Source of the DNA: a virus
Lineage: Duplodnaviria; Caudoviricetes
Length of the DNA: 46,055 nucleotides
Virus record (IMG/VR): IMGVR_UViG_3300027892_000051
Coordinates: 1-46,055 of that record
Strand: one strand, 5' to 3'
Position numbers and translations under genes: made by a program. Position 1 is the stretch's first letter. Each line of letters begins with the position of its first letter. Shown here in pieces: positions 8,797 through 17,249 of the stretch. Below the pieces are notes generated by a model. That model was given only the letters and a program-made list of their open reading frames with translations, ran no database searches and had not been told where the DNA came from.

Positions 8797-8825
8797 AACT
8801 ACGTGGTTAAAAAAATGGGTAAATA
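8797..8825 (+). promoter_or_regulatory. Putative late promoter AACTACGnnGTT...TAAATA
   Basis: TAAATA box 20 nt before the first structural gene, with AACTACG 16 nt upstream. Same geometry as 17202-17230. Confidence 0.55.
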
Positions 8826-8845
8826 ACGCATACAGGAATACAAAC

Positions 8846-10927
8846 ATGGCCGGGTACGATCCAAAAAAAGCAGCTGAATATAATAAACTTCGTCAACAAG
8901 GACTTAATGACGAGGCTGCTTTTCAGCAGTCAGGCATATCCAATGCTGATGCAGACAACTATGTGGTCAATGATGTGCCTGGCGACTCTGGCCGCGGAAC
9001 AATAGGTCCTGCTATTATTGGTACAGGAACAATCACTCAGGCACCTACTGCTGCCGAACAACGAGAGTCAGCCCAGTTTTATCAAGGCCTAGAAACTTCA
9101 AACTTTGAAAGAGTTGATTATCCAGTAAAAGCCAACAGTAATCCCAGTGTTAAAACAAATACAACCTATGTTAATACCAGCACTGAACAAGTCAGTGGCG
9201 GCGGATCAACAACCACAACATCTGGACTACCAAAAGCCAATGCAACAAGTGATAGTATCCAGACCCAGGCTGATGTCAAGACTGCAGAAATAGCTCGGTA
9301 CAACGAAGAAAATCCTGTTACACGCAATTCAACTCCTGCACAAATAGCGGAACGCAGAGCAGTTCTTGGACCGCTGATTGCTGAACGAAATCAGTTGTCC
9401 AAAGACGCAGAATCGGCCAAAACCCCCACTGAGCCCACGACAACCGTTGTACCCAATACCACTACAAATGTATCAAACACCACGTTTTCGCAGGAGTCAA
9501 CAAATGCTCCAGTGCAGTCAATAGGTGGTGATGATCCAGTGGTCAACCAACAACAAGAACAACGTGCTGGACTTAGAATAGATCAAATAAACACTGCACC
9601 GTTGTCTCCGGTTGTGCCTACTGATGTGAATCCATTAGGGCCAGTGGTCAATGTGATTGCACAACCTGATCTTGTGCCATTACAACCTGGCAACAGCGAG
9701 TCATTGGGACCAGTGACCAATGTGATTGTAGAACCTGCTCTTGTGCCACTTGAGCCTGGCAACAGCGAGTCATTGCCTCCAGTGACCAATGTGATTGTAG
9801 AACCTGCTCTTGTGCCACTTGAGCCTGGCAACAGCGAGTCATTGCCTCCAGTGGCCAATGTGATTGCAGAACCTGAACCTGTGCCTGTTGACGATCCTGC
9901 GGCCGCGGCCGCGGCTGCTGACTTCAATGCCAACACCAATGCTGGTGTGTTGGGAGCCATTGGAGTGACAGCGCCTGCACCTGTGGCTCCGGGGCCTGAC
10001 TCACCGTTTGGTGGTGCCGCCTTCAACAATGCAGCCGCAAGAAATCCTGAAGCAGCAGTAGATGCAGTGGCCGCTGCTGAGGCAGCTCAGCAGGCTGCAA
10101 CAGAAGCACGACTACGAGAACAACAGGCCATACAAGCACAGTTCCAATCTCCAGCCAATGGTGACTGGCGAGTGAAATTAAAACTATCGCCGAATGCCAC
10201 ATACTTGTACAAAGACGGTGGTGCAAACTCAATTTTGGCTCCATTGGCTGCCAGTGATGGCGTGGTGTTTCCTTACATGCCCGACATACAAACCACATAC
10301 AATGCCAATTACGACACCGCAGATTTAACACACTCGAACTATCGCGGACAGTTTTACAAAAGTTCATATGTAGGCGACATCAACATCACTGGCACTTTTA
10401 CTGCACAAAACACTCAGGAAGCCAACTATCTGCTGGCAGTGATACATTTCTTTCGTAGTGCTACAAAAATGTTTTATGGAGAAAAAGATTCATTTCGCGG
10501 CGCACCACCTCCACTGGTGTATTTGTTTGGACTGGGGCAATATCAATTCAACGCACATCCTTGTGTGATTCGCAGTTTCAATTACAGTTTGCCCAACGAT
10601 GTGGATTACATTAGAACCAAACCCAACAACTACAATGTGAACCTCAATAACACATTGCCCAAGACAGAAAGTGGCGGCAATCCCATATCTGCAGTGATCA
10701 GCAGATTGAGAAATGCCCTGTTGCCCAAGGGTGCGTTGCCCAACGTGCCTCAGGAATTGATAACAGTGAGTCAAAGTGTCAGCAACATAGACAATTCAAC
10801 TTATGTGCCTACCAAAATCTCAGTGACCATCAGTTTGTTACCCATACAAACAAGAAATCAACAAAGCCAGCAATTCAGCGTCAAGGGATTTGCCAATGGT
10901 GAACTACTCAAAGGAGGGTTCTGGTAA
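8846..10927 (+). CDS. Baseplate/tail-tube initiator-like protein (gp48/gp54-like C-terminal domain) with a long low-complexity N-terminal region
   Basis: C-terminal DWRVKL...GVVFPYMP...ITGTFTAQ...PPPLVYLFGLGQYQF...VIRSFNYSLP tube-fold-like domain; first gene of the module, just before gp53. Confidence 0.6.
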   Translation: MAGYDPKKAAEYNKLRQQGLNDEAAFQQSGISNADADNYVVNDVPGDSGRGTIGPAIIGTGTITQAPTAAEQRESAQFYQGLETSNFERVDYPVKANSNPSVKTNTTYVNTSTEQVSGGGSTTTTSGLPKANATSDSIQTQADVKTAEIARYNEENPVTRNSTPAQIAERRAVLGPLIAERNQLSKDAESAKTPTEPTTTVVPNTTTNVSNTTFSQESTNAPVQSIGGDDPVVNQQQEQRAGLRIDQINTAPLSPVVPTDVNPLGPVVNVIAQPDLVPLQPGNSESLGPVTNVIVEPALVPLEPGNSESLPPVTNVIVEPALVPLEPGNSESLPPVANVIAEPEPVPVDDPAAAAAAADFNANTNAGVLGAIGVTAPAPVAPGPDSPFGGAAFNNAAARNPEAAVDAVAAAEAAQQAATEARLREQQAIQAQFQSPANGDWRVKLKLSPNATYLYKDGGANSILAPLAASDGVVFPYMPDIQTTYNANYDTADLTHSNYRGQFYKSSYVGDINITGTFTAQNTQEANYLLAVIHFFRSATKMFYGEKDSFRGAPPPLVYLFGLGQYQFNAHPCVIRSFNYSLPNDVDYIRTKPNNYNVNLNNTLPKTESGGNPISAVISRLRNALLPKGALPNVPQELITVSQSVSNIDNSTYVPTKISVTISLLPIQTRNQQSQQFSVKGFANGELLKGGFW
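9641..9885 (+). repeat. 69-bp coding tandem repeat, about 3.5 copies (23-aa unit PVTNVIVEPALVPLEPGNSESLP)
   Basis: Units start at 9641, 9710, 9779 and 9848. Units 2 and 3 are identical. Confidence 0.95.
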
Positions 10928-11226
10928 TGGCCAACTACGATTCAACCAGCCCTTATTTTCTCACAGGGTACAATCAATTTTATCTTGACGTCATGGTGGA
11001 CAGACCCTTGCCCAAAGAAAGTGATGATTTGAGTTTCAGCATCAATCTCACATACCAATATCGCCCTGACCTGTTGGCCCATGACTTGTATAGTGATGCC
11101 AGACTGTGGTGGGTGTTTTATCAACGCAACCCTAACACATTAACAAAGCCTCCGGTGGATTTTGTAATAGGCACCACAATCTATCTGCCCAAGATCACCA
11201 CACTGAAATCTGTGCTGGGATTCTAA
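10927..11226 (+). CDS. gp53: Baseplate wedge protein, gp53/LysM-like
   Basis: YQYRPDLLAHDLYSDARLWWVF...GTTIYLP pattern; TAATG coupling with the upstream gene. Confidence 0.8.
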   Translation: MANYDSTSPYFLTGYNQFYLDVMVDRPLPKESDDLSFSINLTYQYRPDLLAHDLYSDARLWWVFYQRNPNTLTKPPVDFVIGTTIYLPKITTLKSVLGF

Positions 11227-11229
11227 CAC

Positions 11230-13905
11230 ATGGCCTACGGTACCCCACCTCCAGTTTTGCCCAGCGCACAAAATCAAGACACAGGCTTGTCAATTAACAT
11301 TGCCACTGGCAATGAAAATGCAAATAAAGTGCCTGCTGATGCTGCAACTCTACCCGAAGTAACAGTTACAGCAACTCGCGCTGATGTAGTTGGCGATCTC
11401 TCAGCTAGAGATGACATAATTCCTCAACCCAATATACTGGACAAATTTGCCAGTTACACCTACAGCGCCAGTGTGTATTTGATGAGTGCCAAGCAGTATG
11501 AACGATTGCTGCTCAGTAATAAAAAAAACATCAACGGATATTTTTTGTTGTTTCAAAGTGGCGGTGCGCCTACCAACAAAGGCGGATTTTTAGGCAAAGG
11601 GTCTGGCACAGTGGATGGTGTGGATGCTAATGCTGATTTTATTAATGATGAAACTGCAGACTACGGGCGTAATCCAGCGTTCCCCCAAGACTTTTATATT
11701 GATTCAATCACTATAGACAATGCATTGCCTGGCCAGCAAACACAAGCAGCGCACATGGTCACTGATTTAAAGTTCACTGTGGTAGAACCAGGTAACATCA
11801 CACTGTTGGATAGAATATATCGTGCAGTACAAGATGCTGGGCAAATAAATGATTCCAACCAACCAGTCAATTACACAGCAGCAGTTTATCTCATGGTTAT
11901 ACGTTGGTACGGGTATGACATTGATGGCAATCTTGTGGCCGGAAAAACAGCACCAGACAAAGATGGATTGTCGGATACCAATGCCATTGTGGAAAAATTT
12001 ATTCCATTCTTGATTAAAAAAATCAACTGGAGCGTGAGTTCAAAACTGGTCACCTATGATTTTGAATGTGCGCCAGTGGCACAGATGGTTGCTGGCTACA
12101 CACGGCGTGGCACAATACCTTATGATGCACAATTTACTGCGTCATCAGTGCGCGAGTTGCTGGGCGGAGAATTGCAATTTGTAACACCCGCTAGTACCAC
12201 TAACACTGCCACTAACAGACAAGCATCAGTGCGAGCAGTTGACAACGCCATTGCTGCCACAGGATCACCGCCCAAAGCATCAGGGGCTCCTACTTCTAGT
12301 CAAGTGGTCAGACAAGGCCTTATGCAGGCCATGAATAAGTATCAACAAGAATTGGTCAAAAAAGGCAAATATGAAGTAGCCGATACTTATTCAATAGAGT
12401 TTGATCAAAATCCTGACGACCCTGACCTCAACATTGCTGATGCCACACTGAGATTACCCGGTAGCACAGTTACTCAAAGTAGAACTTCAATGGGCGTGGC
12501 AGCTGAGACAAACCCCAATGCAACATTAAACCCAGACACTGATGCAATGAAGATCAACAATCGTAACTACAGCATCACAGCCGGCATGCAAATCATACAA
12601 GTGATTGATCTGGTGATTCGCAACAGCAGTTATATTGCCAAACAACAATTGACCACTATAGATTCCAGTGGAGTCGAACGACCCGATGCTCAAGCACAGA
12701 AAAAACCCATGTCTTGGTTTAAAATCAGCATGGAAGCAAGACAAGGCAAATACGACAAACTGCGCAGAGACTATGCTTACAATATTGTATTTGTTGTGAC
12801 TCCTTACACTCTGCAAGATTTTGACTCAACATATTTTCCGTTGACCAAATTTCGTGGAGTCCATAAATCTTACCCTTACTGGTTTACTGGACAAAACACA
12901 GCGGTGTTAGATTTCACTGCCAACTTCAACAATCTCTATAACTTGACAGTGACAGGCACCAGTAAAGAAGATTCAGGTACCGCAGCCATACGCAGAAATT
13001 TCACTTCCAGCATGAGAGACATAGCCAAATATACCTATGCAGCCAGCAGTACACAAAACAGAACAGGTGAAGATGGTCCGGCATTAGAAGCACAAGCCAA
13101 TGCTGCTGAGTATCTTTACAGTCCTGGCAACATGGGCGACGGGGCATTGCGTATCATTGGTGATCCTGCTTGGATACAACAAGGCAGCATGGCCGGCAGA
13201 GTCAGTGCCGCAGAATTCAGTTATTCTGCATTTTTACCTGATGGCACCATAAACTTTGATGCACAACAAGTGATGTATGAAGTTGCCTGGCAAAGACCAA
13301 ACGATTATGATTTAACCACTGGACTGGCAGACCCTTATGCAGGTGGCGATACAAAAAATCGACTGCCAATACAAAGTTCAGTATACCTTGCCAACCGAGT
13401 GATCAGTGAATTCAAACAAGGCAAGTTTGAACAAACTATCAAAGGTTCATATTTCCGCTTTCCCAAACCTAATGGGTCAAACACTGTGGGCAAGTCAGCC
13501 TCAACTATGGCAACCAATGGTGCATCTTTGAGAGAAGCACAAAATAGAGCTGCAGGCAATGACAGCGTCACAGACAATCCCATATTGGCCAGAAAAAACG
13601 CACAGTCTCCGTCGGCTGCATTGTCCAACGGCAACTCCGCATTGGACAATGGTGTAAAAACTGCGGCAGCGGCTGTTGAAAACGGTGCTCTTCCGGCAGC
13701 TGTACAACAGGCAACAAACATTGGTAGTTCTTCGTCGGCGTCGCCAGTGAACAGCAACAATGCAATCGCGCCGTCGGCATATCCACGAGCACCAACTGGC
13801 TCAGGAGTTAGCCCTATTACATTTGCAGAAAACTCTCCGCCGCCGTTAAATACCAACCCGTTCGCCAATGCAGGGCGTACACAAACCATAGTTAAAGAAG
13901 CATAA
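11230..13905 (+). CDS. Putative baseplate hub protein (gp27/gp44-like)
   Basis: Position between gp53 and gp5; C-terminal LRIIGDPAWI...Y...VISEFKQGKFEQTI pattern seen in hub proteins. Confidence 0.6.
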   Translation: MAYGTPPPVLPSAQNQDTGLSINIATGNENANKVPADAATLPEVTVTATRADVVGDLSARDDIIPQPNILDKFASYTYSASVYLMSAKQYERLLLSNKKNINGYFLLFQSGGAPTNKGGFLGKGSGTVDGVDANADFINDETADYGRNPAFPQDFYIDSITIDNALPGQQTQAAHMVTDLKFTVVEPGNITLLDRIYRAVQDAGQINDSNQPVNYTAAVYLMVIRWYGYDIDGNLVAGKTAPDKDGLSDTNAIVEKFIPFLIKKINWSVSSKLVTYDFECAPVAQMVAGYTRRGTIPYDAQFTASSVRELLGGELQFVTPASTTNTATNRQASVRAVDNAIAATGSPPKASGAPTSSQVVRQGLMQAMNKYQQELVKKGKYEVADTYSIEFDQNPDDPDLNIADATLRLPGSTVTQSRTSMGVAAETNPNATLNPDTDAMKINNRNYSITAGMQIIQVIDLVIRNSSYIAKQQLTTIDSSGVERPDAQAQKKPMSWFKISMEARQGKYDKLRRDYAYNIVFVVTPYTLQDFDSTYFPLTKFRGVHKSYPYWFTGQNTAVLDFTANFNNLYNLTVTGTSKEDSGTAAIRRNFTSSMRDIAKYTYAASSTQNRTGEDGPALEAQANAAEYLYSPGNMGDGALRIIGDPAWIQQGSMAGRVSAAEFSYSAFLPDGTINFDAQQVMYEVAWQRPNDYDLTTGLADPYAGGDTKNRLPIQSSVYLANRVISEFKQGKFEQTIKGSYFRFPKPNGSNTVGKSASTMATNGASLREAQNRAAGNDSVTDNPILARKNAQSPSAALSNGNSALDNGVKTAAAAVENGALPAAVQQATNIGSSSSASPVNSNNAIAPSAYPRAPTGSGVSPITFAENSPPPLNTNPFANAGRTQTIVKEA

Positions 13906-13914
13906 GGAGCAACT

Positions 13915-15417
13915 TTGTCAGAAGATGTACAACGCAGTAGAGGTCGTCCCACAAACTACAAATTAGACCGCGGAGGTGTGCCAGCAGAGTTTGGCCCATT
14001 CTCGGGCATAGTAATGAACAATTCAGACCCCACACGAGCAGGGCGTTTGCAAGTGTACATTGAAACATTTGCTGGTATTGACAAAACTGACAGTTCCAAA
14101 TGGATCACAGTAAGTTATTTGCCAGGGTTCTTTGGATACACACCAATGGGCAAAACAGCTGACAACGACTTTGGCTCTTATCCAGGCAATCAAAATTCAT
14201 ATGGTATGTGGTTTACCCCGCCAGACATTGGCATTCAGGTGCTGTGTGTTTTTGCAAATGGAGACAGAAATTTAGGGTATTACATTGGTATAGTTCCGGG
14301 CAACGGTATAGGCCACATGGTACCAGCCATTGGCGCGGTTAGAAGTTATGTGTCAGGCAACAAAAATCAAGAAACATACTTTGCTGATGCAACGTTGTTG
14401 CCAGTTACAGAGATCAATACCAACAACAATAGCGTTCTAAATTCCAGTGAATTTTTCAAGCAGAAAAAACCTGTGCAAGGTGTTGTAGCACAGGCATTGT
14501 TTCAACAAGGCGTTGGTGAAGATATAGAACGTGGTCCTATACAATCTAGTAGCCAAAGAGAAAGTCCCAGTGCTGTTTTTGGAGTAAGCACACCAGGAGT
14601 TGCTGTGTATCAAGGCGGTATGAGTCCTGATGATCTTCGTAAAAAAGTACAAACTGGAGAACTCAAACCTGAAGATGCACAAGTAATCAGCCGCATGGGC
14701 GGACATACTTTTGTGATGGATGACGGTGACATTGACGGCAAAAATGCCTTGTTCAGACTGCGCACAGCCAAAGGGCATCAGATCACAATGAACGACTCTG
14801 GCAACTTCTTTTACATATTGCATGCCAATGGACAAACTTGGCTGGAGTTTGGTCAAGAAGGCACAGTGGATGTGTTCAGTACCAACAGTGTGAACATACG
14901 CACCCAGGGCGACATCAATTTGCATGCTGATCGTGACATCAACATGTATGCTGGTCGCAATTTAAAAATGAAGGCCATGTCTAATATTAATTTGGAGGCC
15001 GATGCTGATCTCACTGCCACAGTGAAAAAAGACATAACCATCTACAGCAAAGCCAAGATAGGTATCAAGGCCGACGGATCAATGGCATTGCAAAGTGCAG
15101 GTGGATCTTGGAGCGGCGGTGAATCATTGTTGTTTACTGCTAGCGGTATAGACTTAAATGGTCCTGCGGCACCCACAGTGACCGCACCCAAGCTCATACA
15201 AAAAACCACCATGGACGATGTGACGTTCAGCACAAGCACCGGATGGAAAGTGCAAAAAGACAAACTAGAAAGCATTGTCACACGAGCACCCACACACGAA
15301 CCGTATCCTTATCACAACAAGGGTGTGGCGGTGGAAACACAGTTTGAGCCAGGCAAACCAACACCTCCACCGGGTGCTACGCCTGTGCCTGCTGGCGTGG
15401 AGATCTCAGCCAAATGA
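13915..15417 (+). CDS. gp5: Baseplate central spike, gp5/VgrG-like (OB fold plus beta-helix, no lysozyme domain)
   Basis: DPTRAGRLQVYI, GMWFTPPDIGIQVLCVFANGD, GHTFVMDD, GHQITMND, beta-helical repeats and C-terminal PTHEPYPYH. TTG start with AGGAG RBS. Confidence 0.85.
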   Translation: MSEDVQRSRGRPTNYKLDRGGVPAEFGPFSGIVMNNSDPTRAGRLQVYIETFAGIDKTDSSKWITVSYLPGFFGYTPMGKTADNDFGSYPGNQNSYGMWFTPPDIGIQVLCVFANGDRNLGYYIGIVPGNGIGHMVPAIGAVRSYVSGNKNQETYFADATLLPVTEINTNNNSVLNSSEFFKQKKPVQGVVAQALFQQGVGEDIERGPIQSSSQRESPSAVFGVSTPGVAVYQGGMSPDDLRKKVQTGELKPEDAQVISRMGGHTFVMDDGDIDGKNALFRLRTAKGHQITMNDSGNFFYILHANGQTWLEFGQEGTVDVFSTNSVNIRTQGDINLHADRDINMYAGRNLKMKAMSNINLEADADLTATVKKDITIYSKAKIGIKADGSMALQSAGGSWSGGESLLFTASGIDLNGPAAPTVTAPKLIQKTTMDDVTFSTSTGWKVQKDKLESIVTRAPTHEPYPYHNKGVAVETQFEPGKPTPPPGATPVPAGVEISAK

Positions 15418-16811
15418 GTATTTTTAGTTTTACCAATCCTGTTAATGGACAACCTTTTGAAATCAAAGGCCCGCCAAGTCTCAGCCAGGCTCAAGCCAAG
15501 GCCATATTTGACAAACAAGTCAGTGCTGGCAGTTTGGTGGGATTCAAAAAAGGTGATGTACTCAGTGCTGCCACACAGGCTGCTGATGGACTGGCCGGTG
15601 CTCAAGCACAACTGGCACAAGCAGCCAAGGGCATTGGTGGCGACTTGTCAGGAGCCATTAAAAATATACCTGGAGTTGGCGACATAGCGGCACAAGCACA
15701 ATCAGTGGCCAGCAAAACACTGTCAGGAATATCATCTGTTGTGAGTAACTTGCCAGTGGCCAATGGCATCAATGTAGCAGACTTTGCCAAGCAAGGTGCG
15801 TCTCTTGTGCCCATACAGGGATTGGGTATCTCTGATGTCACGGCTGCCATGAGTTCGGCCAGCAAACTTGTGGGACAAGCATCCAGCGCAATATCAGACG
15901 CCCTCGGTGCAGGCAAATTTGGGTTTGACGCATCACAATTAGAATCTGTTGGAGTACTCAAACCAGGCACCGCAGCCACATACTTGAAGCAAGGTATTAA
16001 TTCTCTGACTGACGTGTTGAAAAGTCCAGCAGTGTTTACTGGAAAAGATGGTATCAATAGTCTAGACAGTTTGTTAGGTTCAGTGCCAACTCAGGATAGT
16101 ATTCAACAGCAACTTATGAGTCAAGGACTCAATGCAGTCAAGCAATTGGGCATACCCACAGACAAATTAAGCACCGCATCATTGGCCGGCCTGGCCAACG
16201 CCGCTGCCAAAAGCATACCCACTACACTGGACTGGGCCAAAGGACTACCGTTGCCAGCAGACATCAAGTCTAAATTAGACACCGCAGTAAGAGATGGAGC
16301 ATTTGCAGCAGATTTTGCAAATTTTAAAATAGATGATCCCATGAAAGCAGTGATCACACCGTTGCCGGCAGTTGACACAGTGAATCGACAAACTGTGGAT
16401 GCAGCCAGCAAACGCATTGTGGGCAATGACAAAGTGCCCACAATAAAATACACTGTGTCAGATCAAATCAATGCACAAAAAGAAGCCTTTGAAATACAAA
16501 AGAAATTTGGGGAAATAAAAACAATTGATTTGTATATCAAACGAGATGTAATAGGAAGAAGTGGCAACAGTAATAATCCTTTTGCTGTGATTCTTCAACT
16601 TGAAGATCTGCTGGGCGAAATTGCATTGGCAGACAGCAAACTATTGGATCTCAAACGGCAAGCTGAACGAGTAGTTCGCATTGAGCCAGCAGCGTCTATA
16701 GTACTAACAAGCATTGACAAAGAAATCAAAGATCTGATTGGACTTAGAAAACGTATTGAAACCACCATTGAAAAACTCAAAGAATTTGCTGCGCAAAGTA
16801 CCACTGCCTGA
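15414..16811 (+). CDS. Hypothetical virion protein with a degenerate lysozyme-like segment and C-terminal coiled coil
   Basis: ATGA-coupled to gp5. GKFGF..QLESVGVLKPG...FTGKDGINSLDSLL...QDSIQ resembles phage muramidase-like domains. Confidence 0.55.
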   Translation: MSIFSFTNPVNGQPFEIKGPPSLSQAQAKAIFDKQVSAGSLVGFKKGDVLSAATQAADGLAGAQAQLAQAAKGIGGDLSGAIKNIPGVGDIAAQAQSVASKTLSGISSVVSNLPVANGINVADFAKQGASLVPIQGLGISDVTAAMSSASKLVGQASSAISDALGAGKFGFDASQLESVGVLKPGTAATYLKQGINSLTDVLKSPAVFTGKDGINSLDSLLGSVPTQDSIQQQLMSQGLNAVKQLGIPTDKLSTASLAGLANAAAKSIPTTLDWAKGLPLPADIKSKLDTAVRDGAFAADFANFKIDDPMKAVITPLPAVDTVNRQTVDAASKRIVGNDKVPTIKYTVSDQINAQKEAFEIQKKFGEIKTIDLYIKRDVIGRSGNSNNPFAVILQLEDLLGEIALADSKLLDLKRQAERVVRIEPAASIVLTSIDKEIKDLIGLRKRIETTIEKLKEFAAQSTTA

Positions 16812-16816
16812 CCACC

Positions 16817-16823
16817 ATAAATA
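16817..16823 (+). promoter_or_regulatory. Late promoter-like box ATAAATA before gp25
   Basis: T4 late-like box 5 nt before the ATG at 16829, with no room for an SD. Confidence 0.55.
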
Positions 16824-16828
16824 TTGTC

Positions 16829-17203
16829 ATGACCACATTTATCGGCTTCAACACCATCAATCAATTCAAAAAGTTCACGCTCACAGACTTTGATCTAATT
16901 CAGCGAGACCTGTTGAACGCCTTTAGCATTCGTCAAGGTGAACTGCCTGGGCGTCCGGGCTATGGCACTGCACTGTATGATTTTTTGTTTGAAAATCAAG
17001 TTGAACAAATTTCACAACAGATACGTGCTGAAGTGCAGAGAGTGGCAGGTGGTGATCCCAGACTCACTATCAATGACATACAAGTGTTTCCCCAGGAAAA
17101 TGGCATATTGATACAACTTCAGATCACGGTTATCAACACCACTAACGCCGAAATTCTCAGCATATTCTTTGACGAACAAACTCGTAATGCCAGTTACGTA
17201 TAA
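16829..17203 (+). CDS. gp25: Baseplate wedge protein gp25-like
   Basis: LIQRDLLNAFSIRQGELPGRPGYGTALYDFLFE...DPRL signature. Confidence 0.9.
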   Translation: MTTFIGFNTINQFKKFTLTDFDLIQRDLLNAFSIRQGELPGRPGYGTALYDFLFENQVEQISQQIRAEVQRVAGGDPRLTINDIQVFPQENGILIQLQITVINTTNAEILSIFFDEQTRNASYV

Positions 17204-17230
17204 CTACGCCGTTTTTATTATTAATAAATA
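17202..17230 (+). promoter_or_regulatory. Putative late promoter AACTACGnnGTT...TAAATA before gp6
   Basis: AACTACG (17202-17208)-16 nt-TAAATA (17225-17230). Confidence 0.55.
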
Positions 17231-17249
17231 AAGCACGGACGAGACAAAA

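Noticed and set aside
9641-9885. Possible CRISPR array
   Set aside because: The units are contiguous, in-frame 69-mers with no unique spacers, and no cas genes are present.
9899-9912. GC-rich palindrome GCGGCCGCGGCCGC
   Set aside because: Explained by poly-Ala codons inside a CDS.
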